The translations under genes were made by a program, and so were the position numbers. Shown in pieces: positions 27,946 through 37,200 of a DNA stretch of 64,000 nt (positions are counted from its first letter, which is position 1; each line of letters begins with the position of its first letter). The notes under the pieces are model-generated. The model had not been told where the DNA came from. It made no database searches and was given only the letters and a program-made list of their open reading frames with translations. Where the stretch lies: positions 4,864-68,863 of the IMG/VR virus record IMGVR_UViG_3300034418_011142; one strand, 5' to 3'. Source of the DNA: a virus.

Positions 27946-28488
27946 ATGGCATTATGTACTCCTACTGGTTCATTAGAAGTATTTATACGGGAAAGTATAT
28001 TACTTCCCAACGGTAATGAAGAAATAGCAACTAATCAAATCAAAATTCCTGGTGTAAATCAATTAACTAGAAGAATTGATACAATCTCAGCTAAATGGGA
28101 AAAAACAGGAGTTGAACTTTTAAGATTTGTTGATAACGAAGCTTCACAGGTAGCTGGTTCATTTGTTAGAAATACAGTAAAATATTTAAGATTTACTAAT
28201 TTAGATTGTGATAATTATCTTTCTTTATACTTAATTCAACATAGCCCAGATGCTCAAGCACCAAATACAGGTGATGTAGGCTCGGGTGATGAAGGAGTAT
28301 TCAGATTAGATCCAGGTAAATCAATGATGTTATCTAATGCTCAATTTGAAAGTAGTAATTATTATGACTATGTAGTAGATGGATATGTTGATATACAATA
28401 TTATTCTTCATTTGCTTCACTTTATAGTATAAAAGCTAAAGCAAACAATAAAGATATAAGAATAGAGTACCTTGTAGGTTCCTCTTAA
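27946..28488 (+). CDS. Hypothetical virion-module protein
   Basis: Late promoter and position; VKYLRFTNLD motif. Confidence 0.55.
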   Translation: MALCTPTGSLEVFIRESILLPNGNEEIATNQIKIPGVNQLTRRIDTISAKWEKTGVELLRFVDNEASQVAGSFVRNTVKYLRFTNLDCDNYLSLYLIQHSPDAQAPNTGDVGSGDEGVFRLDPGKSMMLSNAQFESSNYYDYVVDGYVDIQYYSSFASLYSIKAKANNKDIRIEYLVGSS

Positions 28489-28501
28489 TATTTATAATAA
28501 A
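28488..28501 (+). promoter_or_regulatory. Putative late promoter
   Basis: ATATTTATAATAAA. Confidence 0.7.
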
Positions 28502-28517
28502 AATAATTTAATATAAA

Positions 28518-29060
28518 ATGGCATTAACATTTAGAACAGGTTCGGGTGGCAAAAATTCAGCTTTAACAATCGAAGAACTAGATAATAATTTTAGACACTT
28601 TACAGGATCACATTCAATAACTGGTTCCCTTATTATTTCAAGTAGTTTAATAGTAAGTGGAAGTATGGGTATATCAGGAAGTATTATTCCTAGTCAGGCA
28701 TCTTCAACATTAGGAACAGTAGATAATCCTTGGGGGGATTTATTTGTAAGTGATAGTTCAATTATATTTGTAAGTGGTTCAACTACAAGTTCATTTGGTG
28801 TTGATGAATCAGGTTCTTTATCTGGATCTATATCTAATGCAACATCCGCATCATTTGCTACTACAGCTTTAAGTGCAACATCTGCGTCATATGCAGATAA
28901 TACTCCTTATAACTCTGGATCATGTTTAATTGGTTGTACCTCATCAGCAATCCCAACAGGTACTAGACCAGAAGGTACATTTGAATTTGTAGTAAGTGGT
29001 AGTGAACATTTTATGTATGTTTACTTAGATGGAGGTTGGAGATATACTATTTTAACATAA
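28518..29060 (+). CDS. Putative short fibre/decoration protein
   Basis: KNSALTIEELDNNF N-terminal motif; ten (S/T)GS motifs. Confidence 0.55.
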   Translation: MALTFRTGSGGKNSALTIEELDNNFRHFTGSHSITGSLIISSSLIVSGSMGISGSIIPSQASSTLGTVDNPWGDLFVSDSSIIFVSGSTTSSFGVDESGSLSGSISNATSASFATTALSATSASYADNTPYNSGSCLIGCTSSAIPTGTRPEGTFEFVVSGSEHFMYVYLDGGWRYTILT

Positions 29061-29087
29061 AATTAAAATTTTTTAAATAAAAATATT

Positions 29088-29113
29088 AGACCTCAATTTG
29101 AGGTCTTTTTTTT
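29088..29113 (+). terminator. Intrinsic terminator
   Basis: AGACCTCA-ATT-TGAGGTCT plus T run. Confidence 0.85.
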
Positions 29114-29114
29114 C

Positions 29115-29128
29115 ATATTTATAATAAA
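29115..29128 (+). promoter_or_regulatory. Putative late promoter
   Basis: ATATTTATAATAAA. Confidence 0.7.
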
Positions 29129-29140
29129 ACTAGGTATAGT

Positions 29141-30328
29141 ATGAATATTCCAATTTATGATGGCGATCCAATTTGGAACCCAAACGCAACAGCTTTTGGT
29201 TTTTATAATAATGATATTGAATTTCAAGTTGATTGTGTTAAAGTAGCAAAGTTTGTAACTACTCGTTTAGGTTATCCTTTGATGGATGTTGAATTACAAA
29301 CAGGATCAATATTTACAGCATTTGAAGAAGCTATAACAATGTATGGAAATGAGTTATATGCTTATTTAATTAGAGAAAATGTACTAGATCTTACTGGACT
29401 TCCCTATGAAAATGTAGATTTAAGTGAAGTTATAGTTAGACCTAATTTTGAAACTATAATTAGATTATCTGAACAATATGGTGAAGAAGCTGGTGTTGGT
29501 GGTGATATTCCATGGTATAAAGGAAATATTCCTTTAACTAGTAGTATACAAGATTATGATCTTAAAACATGGGCTGAAGAACAAAACCCACCTATAACAG
29601 GTAGTATAGAAATTAAAAGAATATTTTATGAAGAACCAATCCCAGCATCTTCCAGATATCTTAGCCCTTATGATGGGTTTGGATTTGGAGGTGTAGCTGC
29701 TGCTGGATTAATGGGACTAGGAGGATTTGGTGGAGGATATGGTTATTTAATGATGCCCTTAAATTATGATATACAAGTAATTCAAGCTATTGAAATGAAT
29801 ACTCAAGTTAGATTATCTAACTATAGTTTTGAAGTACATAATAATGTTATTAGAATTTTCCCTATACCAAGCCTTAATTCAGGATTTGGGGATGCAAATT
29901 TAGAGGGAAATGCTGGACAACTTTGGTTTGAATATATTTTAAGAGATGAAAGATTAAATGCTTCTTTAATTTGTGCAGAAGATAAAATTACAAATGTATC
30001 TAATATGCCATACCAAAATCCTGTTTATAGTTTAATTAATTCAGTTGGTAGACAATGGATATTTGAAATGACTTTAGCTATATGTAAAGAGATTTTAGGG
30101 TATGTTCGTGGTAAATATAGTACTGTTCCTATACCTAATGCTGAAATGACTTTAAACCAATCAGATTTATTAGCAGCAGCAACAGCAGAAAAAACAGCAT
30201 TATTAGAAAGATTAAGAGCATATTTTGATGAAAATTCTCGTGCTTCTTTACTAGAAAGAAAAGTAAGAGAAGCAGATGCAGTATTAAAAGAGTTAGAACA
30301 AGTACCAAGAGTAATTTATATAGGATAA
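29141..30328 (+). CDS. Neck/head-tail adaptor (T4 gp13-like)
   Basis: RLGYPLMDVEL, LAICKEILGYVRGKY, LNQSDLL; position. Confidence 0.75.
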   Translation: MNIPIYDGDPIWNPNATAFGFYNNDIEFQVDCVKVAKFVTTRLGYPLMDVELQTGSIFTAFEEAITMYGNELYAYLIRENVLDLTGLPYENVDLSEVIVRPNFETIIRLSEQYGEEAGVGGDIPWYKGNIPLTSSIQDYDLKTWAEEQNPPITGSIEIKRIFYEEPIPASSRYLSPYDGFGFGGVAAAGLMGLGGFGGGYGYLMMPLNYDIQVIQAIEMNTQVRLSNYSFEVHNNVIRIFPIPSLNSGFGDANLEGNAGQLWFEYILRDERLNASLICAEDKITNVSNMPYQNPVYSLINSVGRQWIFEMTLAICKEILGYVRGKYSTVPIPNAEMTLNQSDLLAAATAEKTALLERLRAYFDENSRASLLERKVREADAVLKELEQVPRVIYIG

Positions 30329-30329
30329 T

Positions 30330-30860
30330 ATGGCAATGTTTGCAAGACAGAGAGATGTATCTCTGGTAAGACACTTAAATAGAGAAGTTATGGGTAATGT
30401 TATTACCCAACAAGCTGCATTTTATAAATTTAAAATAGAAGAAACTAAAGTAAATTTATATGGTGAGGCAGCAGGTGAAAAATTTTACAATGGTCCCTTC
30501 TTATTTGATTGTTTAATAAACAGAGAAGATCAATCATATCCTATATCATCTGAAGAAGTAAGTTTTGCTCAAGGTATTAGTTTTGCATTTTTAAGAGATG
30601 ATTTAGTAGATGCTGATGTAGTACCTGAAGTAGGAGATATTATCCTATATCAAGAAAATTATTACGGAGTGCAGAGCACAGTATCAAATCAATACTGGTC
30701 AGGTAAAAATCCTGATTATCCTAATAATAATTCAGATGGTACTCCTAACCCATTAAATCCCGATTTAGACTTATTTGGGACAAATTTATCAATTATTGTT
30801 GATACTTATTATATACCAAGAGATAAAGTAGCTATATCACCTTATAAAGAAAGATTTTAA
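30330..30860 (+). CDS. Neck/head-closure protein (gp14-like)
   Basis: NLYGEA, PEVGDII; follows the gp13-like gene. Confidence 0.65.
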   Translation: MAMFARQRDVSLVRHLNREVMGNVITQQAAFYKFKIEETKVNLYGEAAGEKFYNGPFLFDCLINREDQSYPISSEEVSFAQGISFAFLRDDLVDADVVPEVGDIILYQENYYGVQSTVSNQYWSGKNPDYPNNNSDGTPNPLNPDLDLFGTNLSIIVDTYYIPRDKVAISPYKERF

Positions 30861-31846
30861 TGGCAGAATATAGAAAACCCATACCTAAAACTCAAAAAGA
30901 GATAAGTAAAGGTCTACAAAATGCATTTGATAGACATAGGGGAAATCCTAATGCTGAATTAAACCCTAATGAAAATGAAACTGGGATTGATTTTAATAGA
31001 TCTACTAAATTAAGTTTTAAAGGAGATACAGCTAAACAATTTACAATTGGTATACAAGATTTAGATGAAGCAGTATTTTATTATTTTAAAAATGTAATTA
31101 AACCATTTGTATATCAAAATGGTCAAAGAAGAAATGTTCCTATAATTTATGGTGCTCCTGAAAGGTGGAAATCGTTTCAAAAAGATGGATATTATAGAGA
31201 TAAAAGTGGAGCTGTAATGTTGCCCATTATAGTGATTAAAAGAGATACTATAACTAAAGATAGAACAGTTACAAATAAATTAGATGCTAATATGCCTAAT
31301 CTATATGGTACATTCCAAAAAGCATTTAATCCTAAAAATTTCTATTCTAATTTTGCAGCTTTAAACAATAGAATACCTACTAAACAATTCCATGCTGTAG
31401 CAGTACCTGATTATGTCACTTTAGAATATAGTTGTATAATCCAAACATATTACATGGAACAATTAAATAAAATAATTGAATCGTGTGAATATGCTTCTGA
31501 TGCCTATTGGGGTGATCCTGAAAGATTTAAATTTAGAGCTTTTATAGATAGTTTTACAACTGCTACAGAATTAACTCAAGGTCAAGATAGGTTAGTAAAA
31601 GGAACATTTAATATAAGACTACGAGGATATATCATCCCAGAAGTAATGCAAAAAGAATTAAATTCTATTAAGAAATTTAACTCTAAATCTAAAGTAATAA
31701 TACAAACAGAAGCAGTATCTAATTCTGATATATTTGATCCTAATGTTACCAAACTAAGTGATGGTAGAACTAGAAGAAATAGAGAAGTAGAGGGCAATGC
31801 TTCAAATGTACAAGATGTAAGTGCAGGAAGAGAATTAAAAAATTAA
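30860..31846 (+). CDS. Tail terminator/sheath stabiliser (gp15-like)
   Basis: VPIIYGAPERW...LPII...VPDYVTLEY...EQLNKIIE; position. Confidence 0.65.
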   Translation: MAEYRKPIPKTQKEISKGLQNAFDRHRGNPNAELNPNENETGIDFNRSTKLSFKGDTAKQFTIGIQDLDEAVFYYFKNVIKPFVYQNGQRRNVPIIYGAPERWKSFQKDGYYRDKSGAVMLPIIVIKRDTITKDRTVTNKLDANMPNLYGTFQKAFNPKNFYSNFAALNNRIPTKQFHAVAVPDYVTLEYSCIIQTYYMEQLNKIIESCEYASDAYWGDPERFKFRAFIDSFTTATELTQGQDRLVKGTFNIRLRGYIIPEVMQKELNSIKKFNSKSKVIIQTEAVSNSDIFDPNVTKLSDGRTRRNREVEGNASNVQDVSAGRELKN

Positions 31847-31855
31847 AAAATAGAA

Positions 31856-32242
31856 ATGGCAAACGTTAGATTTATAGATTCCTTAAAAGTTGGTGCCTAT
31901 GCAGTTAATGCAACGGGTGGTACTAGCCTTACTATTGAAAATAATGTTAATGATTATATTTTAACAGCTACTGGGCAATTAGATGTAATCAATGGTGAAG
32001 CACAACTTAGATTTAATGGTACTAATTTAGGACTAGGAGGAGCCCCTGGTGCTTCAAGATTTGAAATAAGAGACACAACAGGAAGAGATTTACTTTTAAT
32101 TAAAAATGCTAATACAGATCAAGGTATAAAAGTTAACAGTGCAGGGGTTTTACAATTAATAGAATATGCTAGTAAACCTACAGCAGTAGAAGGAGGAATT
32201 ATATACAATTCCGACGAATTTTGGATAGGAGTATCTTCTTGA
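31856..32242 (+). CDS. Putative fibre-associated virion protein
   Basis: Its IxNxxxxxI.T...NxEAxxxFxGxNL module is also present in the 34282 fibre. Confidence 0.5.
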   Translation: MANVRFIDSLKVGAYAVNATGGTSLTIENNVNDYILTATGQLDVINGEAQLRFNGTNLGLGGAPGASRFEIRDTTGRDLLLIKNANTDQGIKVNSAGVLQLIEYASKPTAVEGGIIYNSDEFWIGVSS

Positions 32243-32244
32243 TC

Positions 32245-32258
32245 ATATGTATAATAAA
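32245..32258 (+). promoter_or_regulatory. Putative late promoter (variant)
   Basis: ATATGTATAATAAA. Confidence 0.6.
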
Positions 32259-32310
32259 ATAACAACTTAAATAAATATATCAAATAACAACTTAAATAAA
32301 TATATCAAAT
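32257..32310. repeat. Perfect 25-bp tandem duplication in a 5' UTR
   Basis: AAATAACAACTTAAATAAATATATC at 32257-32281 and 32282-32306, plus a partial AAAT. Confidence 0.95.
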
Positions 32311-33682
32311 GGCAACATGGAAAAAAGTCGCGGTATCAGGATCTAATATATCGCAGTTTAACAACGACTCTGGGTATATAACCTCGGTAACAGCACAGCA
32401 CGCTTTTACAACAGCTTCTTTCAATGGTACTGAATTATTTGCTGATTCTTCTCAAGGAAATTTAACATTTGCATCTGGTTCAGGAGCAGGTTTAAATATT
32501 ACAGCAAACGCAGGTACTGATACTTTAACTTTTACCCTGAATAATGTACCAAATTCTTCATTAGCAAATTCTACTATTAGTGGTATTTCACTAGGTAGTG
32601 ATTTAAATGATTTAACAGTTGATAATGCAACATTAACTTTAGATTCAGGTACAACTTATAATGGTAGTGCTGCTAAAACCATCAGTGTTAAAGATGGTGG
32701 AATTGATACAGATGCAATTGCAGATTCTTTAGGTACAATTGGTGTAAATAGCTTTACAGGTTCCTTCAGTGGTTCATTTACTGGAGATGTAAATATCGAT
32801 TTAGCTGATTTAACCCCAGGTGATGGATTATTCGGTTCTGCTTATGATGGTAATGCAGCTAGAACATTTTCAGTAGATTCAGGATCATTAGCAGGTAATG
32901 GTTTAACTACTTCAGGAGGTACATTTGTAGTAGAAAACGATGGTTCTACAATTACTGTTGGAGCTTCAGGTATTAAAGTAACAGATGGTGGTATTGGTAC
33001 TACTCAAATTGCTGATTCTTTAGGTATCTTAGGTGAAAATGAATTTACAGGTTCATTTACAGGTTCCTTCACAGGTGATGGTTCAGGACTAACAGGAATA
33101 ACAGCTGATACTTTAGCTAATGCTTTAACAGATACAGCTGGTGGAGGTTTAACAGATTTCTCTTTTGATGGTTCTTCTGCTGTAAATATAGCAGTATCAG
33201 GTGCTGCTGATTTAACTGATAATACTGTTGTTAAATGGGATAACACATCAAATAAATTTGCTAATACAATTGCTACAGATGATGGTTCTACCTTTACTAT
33301 AACAGGAGATTCACGTATTACAGGTGATTTAACTGTACAAGGTACAGCATCCTTCCAAAACACTACAGAATTACAAGTAGCTGATAGATTTATCTTAATG
33401 GCTTCTGGTTCAAATACTGCTGGAGATGGTGGTATAGTAATACAACAAGGTACCCAAAATATTGGCGAAGTATTTGGATTCGATTCAGCTACCACTCGTT
33501 TCGGTTTAACAGGTTCATTTAACGCAAGTGATACAGCATTCACCCCGGATGCATTTATGGCAGCTGTTGTAAATACAGCAGGTAATGATCCAAATGGTGC
33601 AAATGCTCCAGATACTAGATATGAGAAAAAAGGTAATCTATATGTAGCTAATGATAGTGAAGATATTTGGATTTATTCATAA
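32309..33682 (+). CDS. Tail/neck fibre protein
   Basis: MATWKKVAVSGS N-terminus; FTGSF(S/T)GSFTGD repeats; G/S/T-rich. Confidence 0.7.
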   Translation: MATWKKVAVSGSNISQFNNDSGYITSVTAQHAFTTASFNGTELFADSSQGNLTFASGSGAGLNITANAGTDTLTFTLNNVPNSSLANSTISGISLGSDLNDLTVDNATLTLDSGTTYNGSAAKTISVKDGGIDTDAIADSLGTIGVNSFTGSFSGSFTGDVNIDLADLTPGDGLFGSAYDGNAARTFSVDSGSLAGNGLTTSGGTFVVENDGSTITVGASGIKVTDGGIGTTQIADSLGILGENEFTGSFTGSFTGDGSGLTGITADTLANALTDTAGGGLTDFSFDGSSAVNIAVSGAADLTDNTVVKWDNTSNKFANTIATDDGSTFTITGDSRITGDLTVQGTASFQNTTELQVADRFILMASGSNTAGDGGIVIQQGTQNIGEVFGFDSATTRFGLTGSFNASDTAFTPDAFMAAVVNTAGNDPNGANAPDTRYEKKGNLYVANDSEDIWIYS

Positions 33683-33722
33683 TATTTAAAAAAAATTGTT
33701 CCAAAAAATATTAAAAAGGTTT

Positions 33723-33956
33723 ATGGGCTTTAAAGCTTCAAATTTACAAGTAGGAGGAGAGACTCAAAAAACAGAGTCCTCCTCTACTTCTATTGAAAAA
33801 ACACAAGTAGAATTATCTGAAAAAGAATTAGAATTTATTTTAGTCACTATAAAAAACGGATTATTTAAAGGAGAATATGTAGAGACGCTTTACAATTTAA
33901 CTTTGAAACTCCAAAAACATTTTGTAGATTTGAGGACTAAAAATATAAAACCATGA
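33723..33956 (+). CDS. Small helical protein, possible fibre chaperone
   Basis: Probable ATG at 33723 (the track uses TTG 33696); resembles the next ORF. Confidence 0.5.
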   Translation: MGFKASNLQVGGETQKTESSSTSIEKTQVELSEKELEFILVTIKNGLFKGEYVETLYNLTLKLQKHFVDLRTKNIKP

Positions 33957-34207
33957 CAATATACTCCCTAGATGATCTTACTTTAAGAGAAATTAAAGCT
34001 TTACGTAAGTCCTTAGATTATTTACCTATTACAGGTATAGATGCTGCTTTTATAGCTATGTTACAGCATAAAACAACTTCTCAAATTCAGGAAATTGAAA
34101 ATCATATTCAAAATGAAGAAATTGCTAAACAAAAAACTTTAGAGGAAGCACTTCAAAACGACCCTGAATCTACTCAAAAACAAACACGAGGGAAGAAAAA
34201 AGCTTAA
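33953..34207 (+). CDS. Small helical protein, possible fibre chaperone
   Basis: LTLREIKAL..SL...PITG pattern resembles the previous ORF. Confidence 0.5.
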   Translation: MTIYSLDDLTLREIKALRKSLDYLPITGIDAAFIAMLQHKTTSQIQEIENHIQNEEIAKQKTLEEALQNDPESTQKQTRGKKKA

Positions 34208-34217
34208 TATTTATAAC
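34207..34217 (+). promoter_or_regulatory. Putative late promoter
   Basis: ATATTTATAAC. Confidence 0.65.
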
Positions 34218-34219
34218 TA

Positions 34220-34273
34220 TATTACGGCCCTTCGGGGAAGTGGGCTAGACATATTCTAGTAACCAACCTAATA
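34220..34273 (+). ncRNA. Candidate structured 5' UTR RNA (three-way junction with a cUUCGg loop)
   Basis: TATTA-c-GG/CC-TAATA outer stem, CCC-TTCG-GGG hairpin, TGG/CCA and CTAGA/TCTAG stems. Confidence 0.5.
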
Positions 34274-34281
34274 AAGTAGAT

Positions 34282-37200
34282 ATGCCCAATTGGAAAAAAA
34301 TTATAGTTAGCGGATCAGACGCTACATTAAATTCTTTAGATGTTAGTAGTAGCATTACCGGCTCAGCATTACAGCTTGGAAATTTAGGAGATGAAAATGA
34401 AATCCTTATTGTTGGAGCTAATACAGAAGTTACTTCATCTAATCTATTAGCTATTGATACGGTTAATCAAAGGGTAGGTATCGGAACCTCAACTCCTCAA
34501 GTAAAATTAGATTTAGTTGGTGAATCAAGTGGAGAAGCACAAATTAGAGTAGCCCAACACGATGATACTTCTGATGGTCCTGACATACGATTTTTCAAAT
34601 CACATGGTACGGCAGCAGCTTCTTCCTCAGTTGCTAATAATGATTATATTGGAGCAGTAAATGCTTTTGCTTATGATGGTAGTACCTATATTCAATCAGG
34701 ATTCTTTGGATTCCAAGCAGACGGTACTGATGGTGACTCTAAATTTGGATTAAGAACTCGTGTAGGTGGAACACTTACAGATAGAATTACAATAGATTCT
34801 GCAGGTGATGTAGGTATAGGAGGTTCTTTAGATGTTAGTACTTTTATAACAGGCTCTTCAGCAAAATTAACTTCAGTACCAACTGGTACAACAGAAAATA
34901 AAATATTATTAACCGACGGATCTGGTAATCTAGTTACTAGAACTGATTTATCGTTACAAGGTGCAACTGGAGCTCAAGGTACTACAGGCACACAAGGTAC
35001 AACTGGTACACAGGGTACAACAGGGACTCAAGGTACTACAGGAACTCAAGGAGTTACTGGAACCCAAGGAACTACAGGTACACAAGGTACAACTGGAGAC
35101 ACAGGAAGTCAGGGAGCAACAGGTACACAAGGTACAACGGGAGATACAGGAAGCCAAGGTGCAACAGGAACTCAGGGTACTACAGGTACTCAAGGAACCA
35201 CAGGAACACAAGGCACAACAGGAATACAAGGCACAACTGGAGATACAGGAAGCCAAGGAGCTACTGGAACACAAGGAACTACAGGAGATACAGGTTCACA
35301 AGGCGCTACAGGTACTCAAGGCATTACAGGAACACAAGGAACAACTGGAGATACTGGTTCTCAAGGAGCAACTGGAACTCAAGGAACAACTGGTACTCAA
35401 GGCACTACAGGCACACAAGGTACAACTGGTACACAGGGTACAACAGGGACTCAAGGTACTACAGGAACAGATGGTATAAGTACTTATGGTATACCTTATG
35501 ACTTTGATTCTTCAACAACAGCGGCAGACCCTGGAAGTGGAGATATCAGATTAAGTATTGATTGGACTACAGGTATAGTAGGTAATTCTTATGAAGCTTA
35601 TGTAAGCGAAACAGATGCGGATGGATTAGGTAGACCTTCTGTTTTAGATACACTTACTGAATCTACTAATGATAATAAAGCGATTATTACACTTTATGCT
35701 ATAAACAATACTAATAAAAAAGCCCAATTTTACATTACAGGTCAAACAGATAATGGCTCGTGGAGAACTTTAGATATTGTTTATATTGATAGAGATAACT
35801 GGACAATTAGTAATGGAGATCCTTTATATTTTTCAATTTCCCTTATAGGAGATGAAGGAGCACAAGGTGCAACTGGAGCACAAGGTACAAATGGTACTCA
35901 AGGCACAACAGGCACACAAGGAACAACTGGAGATACAGGATCTCAAGGCGCAACTGGAACTCAGGGAACTACAGGAGATACAGGAAGCCAAGGAGCTACT
36001 GGTACACAGGGAACAACAGGGACTCAAGGTACAAACGGAACACAAGGTACAACAGGTACACAAGGAACTACAGGAGATACTGGTTCACAGGGAGCAACAG
36101 GTACTCAAGGAACTACAGGTGATACAGGTTCACAAGGTGCTACTGGTACACAAGGTACAAACGGAACACAAGGGGTTACAGGAACTCAAGGCACAACAGG
36201 TACACAAGGCACAACTGGAGATACAGGAAGCCAAGGAGTTACTGGAACACAAGGAACTACAGGAGACACTGGTTCACAAGGTGCAACAGGAACACAAGGA
36301 ACAACAGGCACACAAGGTATTACAGGCACACAAGGAACTACTGGAACACAAGGCACAACTGGAGACACTGGTTCACAAGGCGCAACTGGAACTCAAGGCA
36401 CAACTGGAGATACTGGTTCACAGGGTGCAACAGGAGCACAAGGATCTCAAGGTACAACAGGCACACAAGGCACAACTGGAGATACAGGAAGCCAAGGTGC
36501 AACAGGAACACAAGGTACTACAGGTACACAAGGTACAAATGGTACTCAAGGCACAACAGGAACACAAGGTACTACAGGTACTCAAGGGATAACTGGTACC
36601 CAAGGAATTACAGGTACTCAAGGAGCTACAGGAACACAAGGTACAACTGGGACTCAAGGTGCAACAGGAAGCCAAGGTACAAATGGTACTCAAGGTACTA
36701 CAGGCGCTCAAGGAACTACAGGTACGCAGGGTGCAACAGGAACTCAGGGAACAAATGGTACTCAAGGAACAACTGGTACACAAGGTGCAACAGGTACACA
36801 AGGAGCCCAAGGTGAAGATGGTATTCAAGGAGCTACAGGCGCTCAAGGTACTACAGGCGCTCAAGGTACTACAGGAACACAAGGTGCAACAGGAAGCCAA
36901 GGTACAAATGGTACTCAAGGAACAAATGGTACTCAAGGTACTACAGGCACACAAGGAGCAACTGGTGCACAAGGTACAAACGGAACACAGGGTACAAATG
37001 GTACTCAAGGAACAACTGGTACACAAGGTGCAACAGGAAGCCAAGGTACAAATGGAACACAAGGTACAACTGGGGCACAAGGGGCTATAGGAACTCAAGG
37101 AATAACAGGAGCACAAGGTGCAAATGGTACTCAAGGAATAACAGGAGCACAAGGTGCAAATGGTACTCAAGGAACAAATGGAACACAGGGTACTACAGGA

